A DNA stretch of 25,401 nucleotides from a virus (taxonomy: Duplodnaviria > Heunggongvirae > Uroviricota > Caudoviricetes). Position 1 is the stretch's first letter, and every line of letters starts with the position of its first letter. Positions 1 through 8,597 of this stretch are shown here, piece after piece. The translations under genes and the position numbers were made by a program. The DNA lies in the IMG/VR virus record IMGVR_UViG_2802429217_000002, positions 1-25,401 of that record, one strand, 5' to 3'. Below the pieces are notes generated by a model. That model was not told the DNA's origin, did no database searches, and saw only the letters and a program-made list of their open reading frames with translations.

Positions 1-6
1 CCGGAA

Positions 7-29
7 CCCCCAGCCTAGCTGGGGGTTTT
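7..29 (+). terminator. Rho-independent terminator (hairpin cccccagc/gctggggg followed by TTTT)
   Basis: 8-bp GC-rich stem, 3-nt loop, T-run at 26-29. Confidence 0.45.
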
Positions 30-36
30 CTGTGCA

Positions 37-60
37 TAAAAAAACCTCGCAATAGCGAGG
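37..60 (-). terminator. Rho-independent terminator downstream of Q on minus strand (tR'-like)
   Basis: Minus-strand RNA: hairpin cctcgc-uauu-gcgagg followed by 7 U; lies about 110 nt downstream of the Q stop. Confidence 0.55.
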
Positions 61-168
61 TCGTAAAAATTGTTCAACGATAGATACACAAGCCCCATCG
101 TTGAGAAAATCTTATCCATATTTTTTGAGAAACACAAGCATTATGTCGTTATCTTCGGCGAAAATCGC

Positions 169-921
169 TTATCTCGTCACCCTTCTCAATTGTGCTTCAG
201 CGTAAGCTTCCTCCTGCCAGCACTTTGTAACCAGTTTATCAATGACATCTGCATATCCTTTGTACCACTGATAATCCGTCAGGTCTGGTACCAGCTTCTG
301 GACATGAAGCCGCGCCAGTGTGGTTGGTAAACGGCTAAATCGGTTTCCATTGCAACGCCCACAAATCTTATAAACAGGCGTGCCATGAAGCTGGGTTCTT
401 TTTTCATCCAGGACAATACCTTTACCCTTACACCCTCTGCACGCTGTGCTGACTTCTCCCTTACCATGACAATGCTGACATAGTTCCTTCACCCACTCTT
501 CCTTGATAACAGACTCCCCGCTTCTGGAGTGTTTCACCACTTCGCGCAATACATTATGAAATCCAGTACCAGCACAATGCTCACAGCGAGCCTTACTTGC
601 CGCAGACCTGGAATAATCAGCAAAGGCAAAATTCACAAGGTAAGGAATGATCTGTAGCCGGGTTTCTTCACTCAATTTGTTCAATGTCGGGTTATCCAGT
701 GCCATCGCGTAATTGAGCAGACCTTCAATCGCAAACTGAGGATCCTGAACACCAACTTTTGCCAGGAATAAGGCAAACCCAAGCGGTGCTTTCGACTGCA
801 CCATCCCCTGCGCAGCCATCACATCTGTAATTGTTAAACCACCCGAGCCTGTCGCCGGTGCGTCATCACTCAATTTTGGAGATTTTGGGGAGTAATATTT
901 TGGTAAGGCTTCAAGGTTCAT
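169..921 (-). CDS. Late-gene antitermination protein Q (lambdoid Q-like, zinc-finger type)
   Basis: 250-aa ORF with paired CxxC motifs (CEHCAGTG, CQHCHGKG, CRGCKGKG, CGRCNG); ATG start with GGAG RBS; position at the end of the early operon followed by a terminator. Confidence 0.75.
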   Translation of the reverse strand: MNLEALPKYYSPKSPKLSDDAPATGSGGLTITDVMAAQGMVQSKAPLGFALFLAKVGVQDPQFAIEGLLNYAMALDNPTLNKLSEETRLQIIPYLVNFAFADYSRSAASKARCEHCAGTGFHNVLREVVKHSRSGESVIKEEWVKELCQHCHGKGEVSTACRGCKGKGIVLDEKRTQLHGTPVYKICGRCNGNRFSRLPTTLARLHVQKLVPDLTDYQWYKGYADVIDKLVTKCWQEEAYAEAQLRRVTR

Positions 922-934
922 GCTCGTTCTCCAC

Positions 935-1930
935 TTACGCCAGTACGCCTATTGCCAGCGCACGATCGATAAAACGAAATATCAGCCCCAGCTGGGAGCC
1001 ATACTTCTCTTCAAATGCCACGGTATCCGCATGCAGCTCGTCGTGATGCTTTCTGCACAAAGGCAACACAAAGAGGTCATGCGCTTTTGTTCCCATTCCA
1101 CCCTGACCGTGACCTATCAGGTGGTGGGGATCATCAGCAGGCTTTCCACAACATGCACACGGCTGTGTCTTAACCCAGCGCGTGTACTTTTCATTAACCC
1201 AGCGGCGACGTTTTGGGCGTAACATAAAAGACTCCGGCGACTCCGGATCCACTTTCAGCGCCAGCACCTTTTTCGCCTTATCATGGATGATGCTGGTGGC
1301 AGGAATCGAAGGCACAAGGTCACTTTCCCGGGTGACAGACGGCACAACAGGCTTCGGTAATCTCAGTGCCTTACGGGCTGCACTTTCCGGTAAGGCATCC
1401 GCCAGGTCATTACGAATCAGCCACCAGCACAGTTCCGGCATTGTCACAACGTGACTGTCATCAAAACCGAGATCCCGACGCACAACAGACAACACCCAGC
1501 GGGCACAGTTATCCGTTGCCATTGATTCCAGCCGTTCCGTGAACTGATCGCGCAGCTGGTTATCGCAGTGCCAGCACAGACGGATCGCGCCCGGCGCGTG
1601 TCGCATTGTGGTCATGTTCTCGCTGTGCCAGTCGGAATGAGGCCACTGACAGCCCTTTTCACGAAGTAACCAGCTTTCAAGACATTCCACGCCACCAGCA
1701 CGACGGATCACTGCCTCATTGCAGAACACGGCCCGAACGGCAGGATCATCCGCCAGCGGTTGTGATGCCGCGGGAACGGCACCACTGGCGAAAGATGAAT
1801 AACGTTCCGGCTCAGGCTCCAGCAGGACACGCCCCTGCATAAACAGGGGCATCAGCTCTGAACTGGGTCTGAACAATACGATCCCCATACGCGGGGCTAT
1901 TTCAGGGGTCAGTAGTGCTCTCACGGTCAC
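935..1930 (-). CDS. DUF968-family prophage protein (YdfU-like) with C-terminal HNH-like motif
   Basis: 331-aa ORF; C-terminus CACCGKPADDPHHLIGHGQGGMGTKAHDLFVLPLCRKHHDELH resembles HNH/zinc-hook; GTG start 1 nt after upstream stop (an ATG alternative exists at 1888). Confidence 0.65.
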   Translation of the reverse strand: MTVRALLTPEIAPRMGIVLFRPSSELMPLFMQGRVLLEPEPERYSSFASGAVPAASQPLADDPAVRAVFCNEAVIRRAGGVECLESWLLREKGCQWPHSDWHSENMTTMRHAPGAIRLCWHCDNQLRDQFTERLESMATDNCARWVLSVVRRDLGFDDSHVVTMPELCWWLIRNDLADALPESAARKALRLPKPVVPSVTRESDLVPSIPATSIIHDKAKKVLALKVDPESPESFMLRPKRRRWVNEKYTRWVKTQPCACCGKPADDPHHLIGHGQGGMGTKAHDLFVLPLCRKHHDELHADTVAFEEKYGSQLGLIFRFIDRALAIGVLA

Positions 1931-1931
1931 C

Positions 1932-2729
1932 TCAATGAACGGTATCGAGCAGCTTTAACAGCTCAGGGAATCGGGATTCGAAGAAATGCGGCTGCGTCTC
2001 GCGCGGATTTGCGGGACTGGTGATATTCTTGCCGAACATGCAGCCTTTCGCTGTCAGCGACCAGAATTTTTTGATGTTGTTAATCGCGGTACGGCTGTAT
2101 CGTTCGCGCTGCTCGACGATCCCCAGCTTCACCATCTGGTGATATGCCTGATTAGCTGTCAGGCGGATACCATACTGCTTCAGCAGTGCACTCAGTGACA
2201 GCGTGGGGCGGCTTGAGCCATCAGGCGCGTCAGCAGGAGCATCAATGGCATAGCGCGGTGCCAGATTCGGTAAGCCAACAGCCTCCTGGAGTTTCTGACA
2301 GGCCCCAAGCACAGATGAGTTAGACAGATTTAACTCCCGACGCATAAAGTCCAGCAGAATCACACCAGCCTGCATCTTGTCAGCAGCCTGCCCGGATAAT
2401 TTTTCCGGTATGCTGGTTGCCATGTCAAAAGTACGGATCACCTTCAGATGGAATGACGGGCTAATCCACATTGCATAGGCATACACCAGTTCCTTGCAGA
2501 CATACGTTCCCTGGTTATTTCCACCACGAATGACATTAACTGGCGCTATATTGACCGAGTTGCAAATCTGCAACTCGCTTATTAAGCGTTCAGTTTGCTC
2601 ATTGCGGAGCCAGAATGCGGGCTTATGCTTATCCAGAGAACCAGCAGCCCTGTGCAGATCGTTCAGGCTGTAACGACCATAAGCATCACGACGAACTTCA
2701 ATACCATCAATGACCATCAGATTATTCAT
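1932..2729 (-). CDS. KilA-N domain protein
   Basis: N-terminus MNNLMVIDGIEVRRDAYGRYSLNDLHRAAG resembles KilA-N; ATG at 2729 preceded by AGGAG RBS (the track ORF extends to 2762 without RBS). Confidence 0.6.
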   Translation of the reverse strand: MNNLMVIDGIEVRRDAYGRYSLNDLHRAAGSLDKHKPAFWLRNEQTERLISELQICNSVNIAPVNVIRGGNNQGTYVCKELVYAYAMWISPSFHLKVIRTFDMATSIPEKLSGQAADKMQAGVILLDFMRRELNLSNSSVLGACQKLQEAVGLPNLAPRYAIDAPADAPDGSSRPTLSLSALLKQYGIRLTANQAYHQMVKLGIVEQRERYSRTAINNIKKFWSLTAKGCMFGKNITSPANPRETQPHFFESRFPELLKLLDTVH

Positions 2730-2748
2730 ACTTCGTTTCTCCTCTTGA

Positions 2749-3138
2749 TCAGGCGGCTGCACCCGCCGTTTTCTCGTACTTACTGATAGTGATCTCGACC
2801 TTCCCTTCCGGGATAACCGGTCCCCACTCCACCAGCATTCTTTTCACCTGACTGTCGTCCTCCCACACACCCGCGTGGGTCAGGGCGTCAAACAGCGCCT
2901 TGTTATAGTTGTCCAGATCGCGGATCCGGTTATCCGGAGGAAACAACACGATCTCCACTGAAGCAGGTGCCGACGTTGGTTTCGGCAGACGACGTAACTG
3001 CTCAACTATTGCTGCGCACGCCGCGCTCTGGAATTTTCGCCCCGCCGCGCTTATCAGGCTCTTACCAGCAAACGCCCCTTTGTTGGGGTGTCGCCAGTAC
3101 GTGTTCACGCTGGGCGGAAAAGGCAGGATCAGCTTCAT
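2749..3138 (-). CDS. rusA: Holliday junction resolvase RusA
   Basis: 129-aa ORF MKLILPFPPSVNTYW...DLDNYNKALFDAL, the canonical RusA signature; ATGA overlap with upstream gene. Confidence 0.85.
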   Translation of the reverse strand: MKLILPFPPSVNTYWRHPNKGAFAGKSLISAAGRKFQSAACAAIVEQLRRLPKPTSAPASVEIVLFPPDNRIRDLDNYNKALFDALTHAGVWEDDSQVKRMLVEWGPVIPEGKVEITISKYEKTAGAAA

Positions 3139-3461
3139 ACTTTCAGGTCCCTCTCATGTAACCAGTGGGTTGCACGCAGCCTTGCGTTTTCCTCACCGGC
3201 AAGCAGTGCGCGGATAATCCCGACCGCCTCGCTGTCGTCGTCCTTCACCGCGGTATGAAGCGTTATCCCCCGGGCCACGCCACGCTTTATCGTGATGACG
3301 CCTTTTTTCTCCAGTGCGCGAAGATGCTCCACCGCTGCATTCACCGAACGGTATCCCAGCATGGTTGCCACCTCCTGATTGGTTGGCGGGAAGCCACGTT
3401 CTTTCTGATAAGAAATCAGCATATCCAGCACCTGCTGCTGGCATTGAGTTAACGTCGTCAT
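3135..3461 (-). CDS. LexA N-terminal DNA-binding domain protein (no S24 protease domain)
   Basis: QQQVLDMLISYQKERGFPPTNQEVATMLGYRSVNAAVEHLRALEKKGVI closely parallels the LexA winged-helix N-domain; ATGA overlap with upstream stop. Confidence 0.7.
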   Translation of the reverse strand: MTTLTQCQQQVLDMLISYQKERGFPPTNQEVATMLGYRSVNAAVEHLRALEKKGVITIKRGVARGITLHTAVKDDDSEAVGIIRALLAGEENARLRATHWLHERDLKV

Positions 3462-4111
3462 GCCGCCATCTCCCTGACCAGTTTTTCCGCCTGCTGGCGA
3501 ACCTGCGCCAGAAACGCCTCACCACATGCCTCAAGTTCATCGCGCCCGATGTAGCTGATTGCCGGTCCCTTCCAGGTCTTGTCAAAAACAGCAATAGCAC
3601 CAGCGAAAAAAGCTCCTGTCGGTACCTGCTTCTCGTCTTTCGGGATAAACCAGACAGGCAGTTCAAAACCAATACGCCCGCGAATAAAAGCAATATGATC
3701 TGCATCTTCCGGCCACCACACTTCGCTGGTGGCAGCTTTGATCAGGAAAACATAGCGCCCGCCCTTATCACGCATGGCACTGGCATGTTTCATGATGTAA
3801 CGCATGCCGGTGATGTATTGCCCCTCATGCTGACTGGCGCGGCTGTATGGGGGATTACCAAAGGCAGCACCTTTAAGCTCCGCAAGACGTTCTGACCAGT
3901 CATGCGCCAGCGCGTTGTCTTCCGCCGTGTAATACGCGGCACATTTGGCGTTATCACCGTCAGTGAACAGATCCAGAACAAACGGGCCAAACAGGGTGTT
4001 AATTCCCCAGAAAATGTTGTCCGGCGTGCGCCACTGATCGCCCACTTCCTTCAGTTCATGGGCTGGTTTGTTCCGCAGTTCCACCAGCGCCTGGCAATAT
4101 TTATTACTCAT
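3458..4111 (-). CDS. Phage-type DNA N6-adenine methyltransferase (Dam-like, NPPY motif)
   Basis: ORF contains GNPPYS catalytic motif; ATG at 4111 overlaps upstream stop by 1 nt (TAATG), indicating translational coupling. Confidence 0.75.
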   Translation of the reverse strand: MSNKYCQALVELRNKPAHELKEVGDQWRTPDNIFWGINTLFGPFVLDLFTDGDNAKCAAYYTAEDNALAHDWSERLAELKGAAFGNPPYSRASQHEGQYITGMRYIMKHASAMRDKGGRYVFLIKAATSEVWWPEDADHIAFIRGRIGFELPVWFIPKDEKQVPTGAFFAGAIAVFDKTWKGPAISYIGRDELEACGEAFLAQVRQQAEKLVREMAA

Positions 4112-4599
4112 TAAGCCCCCACGTAATTCCCTGACAGATACCACTCTTCACCCGATGCAGCGCGCTTGCTGCTTTTCCGTAAGCACCGCTCACGACGCGT
4201 CAGAAAATTGTTTCGTTCTGGCTGGGAGTGGCTTTCACGGAATGCCGCCATCCACACGGTTGCAGCACGACGGTATAAGCCCCTGGACTCCAGTTCTTCC
4301 GCCTGGCGGGTCAGGCACAAAATCACACGGGGATCGTTAGTGCCGACATAGAAATTGCGCACAGGTCTGGTTTCACGAACTGGTTGTGGTTCCGGTTCCT
4401 GCGCTCTCTCAGTCAGGCGCGGGAAATGTCTGCGTGTATCTCCTTCACAACGGTGAGCCACACGCCCACTCTGACGTAACTTGCTTGCTGACTGCAGAAC
4501 GCGCTGCCGTGAGTAACCGGCAAAAGCATCCGCAATATCTCCGGAAGTACAGCCCGGATGGGCTTCAATGAATTTCTGAACGTCATTCAAAAGACTCAT
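4111..4599 (-). CDS. PerC/ANR-family-like regulator domain protein
   Basis: C-terminal segment ESRGLYRRAATVWMAAF...ERNNFLTRRERC resembles PerC/ANR signature; first ATG at 4599 (MSLLND...) with GGGGTGAG SD. Confidence 0.45.
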   Translation of the reverse strand: MSLLNDVQKFIEAHPGCTSGDIADAFAGYSRQRVLQSASKLRQSGRVAHRCEGDTRRHFPRLTERAQEPEPQPVRETRPVRNFYVGTNDPRVILCLTRQAEELESRGLYRRAATVWMAAFRESHSQPERNNFLTRRERCLRKSSKRAASGEEWYLSGNYVGA

Positions 4600-4601
4600 G
4601 C

Positions 4602-5543
4602 TCACCCCCTGAATCCTGCCGGGATCTGGCTGTAGTCCACGTTGTCGTAACTGGCTTTGAAGTACGGGTCTTCGCGTTTTTCGGTGTACGTGCTGACGGA
4701 CGGCGATAAGCGCAGGGAAAGCTCATCCCATTTTTCCCGCAGCTTCGACGGGCTGAGCACGTTACGGCACCAGAACGGATCGCGACTGACGCGGCTGTAC
4801 ATCTCGCAGATTTGTTTATGAGTACGACCATCCTGCACACACATCAGGCGAATTTCGTTTGCCCAGGCTGTCCAGTTCGGTTCTTTGGGACGAACCACCT
4901 CGCCGTCACATTCGGCGGCCTGCTCGTACAGGGCGATGATTTTTTTCCAGAGCCACTGTGCGCAGGTCAAATCATCCTGCGTTCCCCACTGGCGCTTTTT
5001 AGGGCTGAATACAACCGCATCAGGATGGCGAGTTAAAAACTCCTGTTCAGCCGTCTGCGTGTCCGGTTGCGAAGCGTCCGGACGAGAAGTTTTTTTATCT
5101 GACGGATCATGTTTTGATTTTACTGACGGATCCCCGCCAGATTCTGACGGGTGAAAACCCGCTTTTTTGCCAGATTTCGACGCATCAAATTTTGACGGGT
5201 CAGATTTTGATGCGTCAGATTTTGACGGGTCAGAATCTGACAGTTGAGAAAATGCCGCTGCCTGAAGCTTCGCAACGTTAAGCTGATAAACATTCGACGC
5301 ATTGCGGTTACCCTGGCGACGCGCCTTACGCGTTAACCAACCTTCTGCTTCCAGCCGTGCGATAGCCGTTCTGACGGTACTCATTCCCGCGCCAATCTGG
5401 CGGGCAATGGTTTCAATTGATGGCCAGCACACACCTTCGTCATTACTGAAATCAGCCAGGCGGGCCATAATTGCCACGCTGGATAATTTCATGCCTGATG
5501 CAGCGCAACCATCCCATACATAGCCGGTTAATTTAGTGCTCAT
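4602..5543 (-). CDS. Phage replication initiation protein (N-terminal HTH, repeat-rich linker containing iterons, C-terminal replisome-organizer-like domain)
   Basis: 313-aa ORF; N-terminal HTH-like segment SIETIARQIGAGMSTVRTAIARLEAEGWL; internal peptide repeats DPSKSDASKSDPSKFDASKS encoded by 15-bp DNA iterons; AGAGG RBS. Confidence 0.7.
   Translation of the reverse strand: MSTKLTGYVWDGCAASGMKLSSVAIMARLADFSNDEGVCWPSIETIARQIGAGMSTVRTAIARLEAEGWLTRKARRQGNRNASNVYQLNVAKLQAAAFSQLSDSDPSKSDASKSDPSKFDASKSGKKAGFHPSESGGDPSVKSKHDPSDKKTSRPDASQPDTQTAEQEFLTRHPDAVVFSPKKRQWGTQDDLTCAQWLWKKIIALYEQAAECDGEVVRPKEPNWTAWANEIRLMCVQDGRTHKQICEMYSRVSRDPFWCRNVLSPSKLREKWDELSLRLSPSVSTYTEKREDPYFKASYDNVDYSQIPAGFRG
5097..5248. 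repeat. Iteron array (about 8 copies of 15-bp unit CAGATTTTGACGGGT), candidate prophage replication origin inside the initiator gene
   Basis: Five perfectly phased 15-bp units at 5171-5245 plus three degenerate copies upstream; same arrangement as ori-lambda inside gene O. Confidence 0.6.
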
Positions 5544-5552
5544 GACCGACCT

Positions 5553-5891
5553 CTATTTCCCTGAATTTACGACGAAACTGTTCGAGCGGGCTGAAGCACT
5601 CATGCTCATAGCCTTCGCGGAGGTAGATAACACGTTGTGTTTCCGGCTCCCAACGAATGACTCTGACGGGCACTCCGTAGTGATCTTTGAACCAGCGGTT
5701 AACTTGTCGCAAAGGACTGTCTCCTTCTGCCGGTTGAAATCACCCACAGCCCACTCTGCAAAGCTGTGGGTTACAATTTCCCTGTCACCTGGTACATTCA
5801 CTGCATAGCAATATTCCACCTTCGCTTTTCCACCCGGTACAGGAAGCGCAATCAGTTGCGAGCGACGGTAGTGTGTTGTTAAACTGTTCAT
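5553..5891 (-). CDS. Hypothetical prophage protein
   Basis: 112-aa ORF; ATGA overlap with upstream CII-like gene stop and 10-nt gap to rep gene support operon membership. Confidence 0.5.
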   Translation of the reverse strand: MNSLTTHYRRSQLIALPVPGGKAKVEYCYAVNVPGDREIVTHSFAEWAVGDFNRQKETVLCDKLTAGSKITTECPSESFVGSRKHNVLSTSAKAMSMSASARSNSFVVNSGK

Positions 5892-6457
5892 GCGTTAGTT
5901 TCTCCACAACCAGAAGCAATCGACGCCACGACGCCCGGAGCTGCACACTCGCGGGCGTCATTACTTTCTGAAATGCAAAAAATTTTGTAGACAAGTGCTG
6001 CATGCTCCTGCAGCTTCGAAATTGAGAGATACAGCTCGTCGTTAATTGCTGTCTTCTCATGCGGTTCCACTACACCGTCTTCGATTGCTGAACGAATCTG
6101 TTTTGAATAACTGCCGATCTGTTCAATGACTTCCAGCAGACGCTGGTTAATATCGGCGTTGTCCACATCCTCGACGTCAGGAAGAGACACAAAGACGCCA
6201 TTTGCAGACTGCGCCACAGCATCAGCAATGAAGTGAGTGCCACCAGCACGCTGTAAAACCATTGCCCATCCCAGCGGGAAAATCTGATCGCCATCTGCAC
6301 GAAGGCGGTTGAATAAAGCGTTTTCTGTTACATCGAGCCAGTCAGCCGCTTCAGCGTAACCACCCGGCAACGCCGCGATAGTTTTTCTGACAGCTTTCAC
6401 GTACCACTCAGGCTGTTTTTCTATTTTCCAGTGATGCTTACCCACGATTAGCCTCAT
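5888..6457 (-). CDS. CII-like regulatory protein (phage 186 CII / CP76-type)
   Basis: 189-aa ORF; segment [40 protein letters not shown] resembles the HTH region of 186 CII-type regulators; position immediately downstream of cro. Confidence 0.5.
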   Translation of the reverse strand: MRLIVGKHHWKIEKQPEWYVKAVRKTIAALPGGYAEAADWLDVTENALFNRLRADGDQIFPLGWAMVLQRAGGTHFIADAVAQSANGVFVSLPDVEDVDNADINQRLLEVIEQIGSYSKQIRSAIEDGVVEPHEKTAINDELYLSISKLQEHAALVYKIFCISESNDARECAAPGVVASIASGCGETNA

Positions 6458-6488
6458 CGTTCTGTGGTTAAAAATTGAAAGTGTTCTG

Positions 6489-6689
6489 CTAATCTTTCGG
6501 ATAGATATCCGGTCTTAAGTCAGATTTCGTAATTGCACCTGACGTGCATTGCTCAAGTTTTTTAGCCAGCACAAAACTGGCTTTTTTATAGCCATTGAAA
6601 ACCAGCCGTAAGTAGCCAGGTGTTGAGCCAACTTTTCCGGCCAACTCGCCCTGCTGTTCTTTGGTTAAAGAGTCCCAATACGCTTTCAT
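6489..6689 (-). CDS. Cro-like HTH regulator
   Basis: 66-aa ORF from internal ATG at 6689 (MKAYWDSLTKEQQGELAGKVGSTPGYLRLVFNGYKK...) with GGAGG RBS; the longer track ORF 6489-6992 would run through the operator region. Confidence 0.6.
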   Translation of the reverse strand: MKAYWDSLTKEQQGELAGKVGSTPGYLRLVFNGYKKASFVLAKKLEQCTSGAITKSDLRPDIYPKD

Positions 6690-6779
6690 ACAATATGTAC
6701 CTCCGGTGTACATATTACATGATTGAAATGAACCTTCAAGATACTTGTACCTTAACGGTACAAGGGTTTTAATTTCGTT
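6690..6779. promoter_or_regulatory. Divergent cro/cI promoter-operator region with TGTACC-type inverted repeats
   Basis: Inverted repeats ATGTAC-N7-GTACAT (6695-6713) and CTTGTACC-ttaac-GGTACAAG (6744-6764); minus-strand promoter candidate -35 TTGAAG / 16 nt / -10 TAATAT (6714-6739). Confidence 0.55.
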
Positions 6780-7454
6780 ATGAAAACAATCCATGACATC
6801 CGGCGGTCTAACGCCAGAAAACTGAGAGATGGTGTTGGCGGGAATTCTTCCTTTGCCACTATGATTGATCGCGAGCCAACCCAGACCAGCAGGTTTATGG
6901 GAGATGGTGCTACTAAAAATATCGGTGACAGCATGGCACGACACATCGAAAAATGTTTCGACCTGCCTGTCGGATGGCTCGATCAAGAACACCAGACAAC
7001 GAACATCACAAAAAAACCTGATGTTTCAATCACTAATAAACAAATCACATTAGTCCCTGTCATATCATGGGTACAGGCCGGAGCATGGAAAGAAGTTGGA
7101 TATTCTGAGGTTGATTTGAGCACAGCAGAAACGTATCCCTGCCCTGTACCCTGTGGGGAAATGACTTATATCTTGCGGGTGATAGGTGATTCAATGATTG
7201 ATGAGTACCGCCCGGGAGACATGATTTTTGTCGATCCTGAAGTACCTGCCTGCCACGGTGACGACGTTATTGCATTGATGCACGATACAGGTGAAACCAC
7301 CTTCAAAAGGTTGATAGAAGATGGGACACAGCGTTATCTCAAAGCGTTAAACCCAAACTGGCCTGAGCCTTACATTAAGATCAACGGTAATTGCTCTATA
7401 ATTGGTACAGTGATTTTCTCAGGAAAACCAAGAAGATACAAAATCAAAGCCTAA
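6780..7454 (+). CDS. Prophage repressor, cI-like, with C-terminal S24 (LexA-like) peptidase domain
   Basis: 224-aa ORF; C-terminal region ...RVIGDSMIDEYRPGDMIFVD...KINGN... typical of S24 autocleaving repressors; divergent from cro. Confidence 0.8.
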   Translation: MKTIHDIRRSNARKLRDGVGGNSSFATMIDREPTQTSRFMGDGATKNIGDSMARHIEKCFDLPVGWLDQEHQTTNITKKPDVSITNKQITLVPVISWVQAGAWKEVGYSEVDLSTAETYPCPVPCGEMTYILRVIGDSMIDEYRPGDMIFVDPEVPACHGDDVIALMHDTGETTFKRLIEDGTQRYLKALNPNWPEPYIKINGNCSIIGTVIFSGKPRRYKIKA

Positions 7455-7465
7455 TCAATGTTTAT

Positions 7466-7490
7466 GAACCTGCTTCGGCAGGTTTTTTTA
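7466..7490 (+). terminator. Rho-independent terminator after cI
   Basis: Hairpin gaacctgc-ttcg-gcaggtt followed by TTTTTTT. Confidence 0.6.
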
Positions 7491-7493
7491 TAC

Positions 7494-7526
7494 TTGACAA
7501 TGTACCTTTGAGATACATAATGTACC
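7494..7526 (+). promoter_or_regulatory. PL-like promoter with operator half-sites
   Basis: -35 TTGACA (7494-7499), 16-nt spacer, -10 CATAAT (7516-7521); TGTACC motif at 7501-7506 and 7521-7526 matches the cro/cI operator motif. Confidence 0.55.
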
Positions 7527-7626
7527 CAAGAGAAACAACGAACAGGCAGGACGCCCACGAAGTAGCCGCCTGGGGCATATGAAGTCCAGGATGATTCGTT
7601 GAGTCATGTTGTGCCACTAGGCACTC

Positions 7627-7923
7627 ATGTTAAAGCAGGTGTATGAAATGAAAGTCCAGATTTTAAACAATAACTGTGAAGTCGTTTGGTCATACGACAT
7701 AGCCGCCCCTGTAGATCAGAGCGGCGATAGCTGGACCAATGGGAAACATCAGATTATGGCTGGAGTTGTGTTCTCTTTACGCCGTGCTTTGGAACAGGCT
7801 GAAGTATTTCCATCAGACCCTGAATGGAAATGGCCTTTTTCTATTTGTCCAAATTCGGAGAGCACATTTCAGAAAATTGGTCAGAAAGTCGCACTCGAAG
7901 AGCATCAGCCAACTGTTTCCTGA
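7627..7923 (+). CDS. Hypothetical protein, first gene of PL-like operon
   Basis: 98-aa ORF downstream of PL-like promoter; no recognisable motif; competing small minus-strand ORFs overlap its 3' end. Confidence 0.35.
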   Translation: MLKQVYEMKVQILNNNCEVVWSYDIAAPVDQSGDSWTNGKHQIMAGVVFSLRRALEQAEVFPSDPEWKWPFSICPNSESTFQKIGQKVALEEHQPTVS

Positions 7924-8597
7924 TTTTTTCAGGTAACTCGTCGGCATCGCAGAAACAACAACGCTCGATCATGTTAAAAGCCGATTCGTAGAACTGTTTC
8001 TGCTGAGTGTCGCTGAGACAGGAAAAGAGCGACGTTACGATGTTTTATTAATTACATTATCAAGTTCTTTTTCATCAAAAGTCATTTGATTTTCCTTTTA
8101 TGTATACGCGCTTAAAAGGATACCACCGAGCCTGAAGTGGTGAAAAGACAGGCACATAACAGCTAAGTATTTTCAACCAGAGAGAATCCTTAGCGTTGTG
8201 GTGAATGCGGCTCAGCGCACGCGGGTTAAGGTTGAGGCTGACAGTCGACCTTCTGTGGATACCCACCCGCCTGGTGTGCAACCTTCGCCAGGCACCGGAT
8301 GCACCCGGCACCACAACTTTATGCTGTGTGTAGTCTTGGCGGTACCAGCTTGTACCCTTGCTTCCGGCTGGTACCGTCCTTTTTACAAAACAGAGAAGAG
8401 CATCACCGGACGACGGGCTCATAACCCAATCCATCCGGGCGGCTGCCACCGCAGGTGTTCTTCTCTGTTTTGTGGAGAAACTAACCGCCCCTACGGGGGC
8501 ATTTATGGAAATGTAATTGACTCAATAATCGCCGGACGGTGAGGGCTTCCTTTTACCCGAATTCAGCGCGGTGCAGCGCATATACGTGGAGAACAAA

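Noticed and set aside
70-330. Plus-strand 86-aa ORF
   Set aside because: Lies antisense to the Q gene and its late-promoter region; no RBS and a low-complexity translation.
3193-3895. ORFs 3193-3705 (minus) and 3314-3895 (plus)
   Set aside because: Alternative frames overlapping the translationally coupled LexA-like and methyltransferase genes; Arg-rich shadow ORFs.
6489-6992. Full-length 167-aa minus-strand ORF
   Set aside because: Its upstream two-thirds would run through the cro/cI operator region and the start of cI; only the downstream 66 codons with a GGAGG RBS are accepted as cro-like.
7627-7923. Lambda N-like antiterminator as identity of the first PL-operon gene
   Set aside because: The 98-aa product lacks the Arg-rich N-terminal motif of N proteins; left as hypothetical.
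8075-8542. Overlapping ORFs 8075-8449 (minus) and 8198-8542 (plus)
   Set aside because: Mutually overlapping, with Arg/Pro/Gly-rich non-protein-like translations in a hairpin-dense GC-rich stretch; treated as non-coding (see finding).
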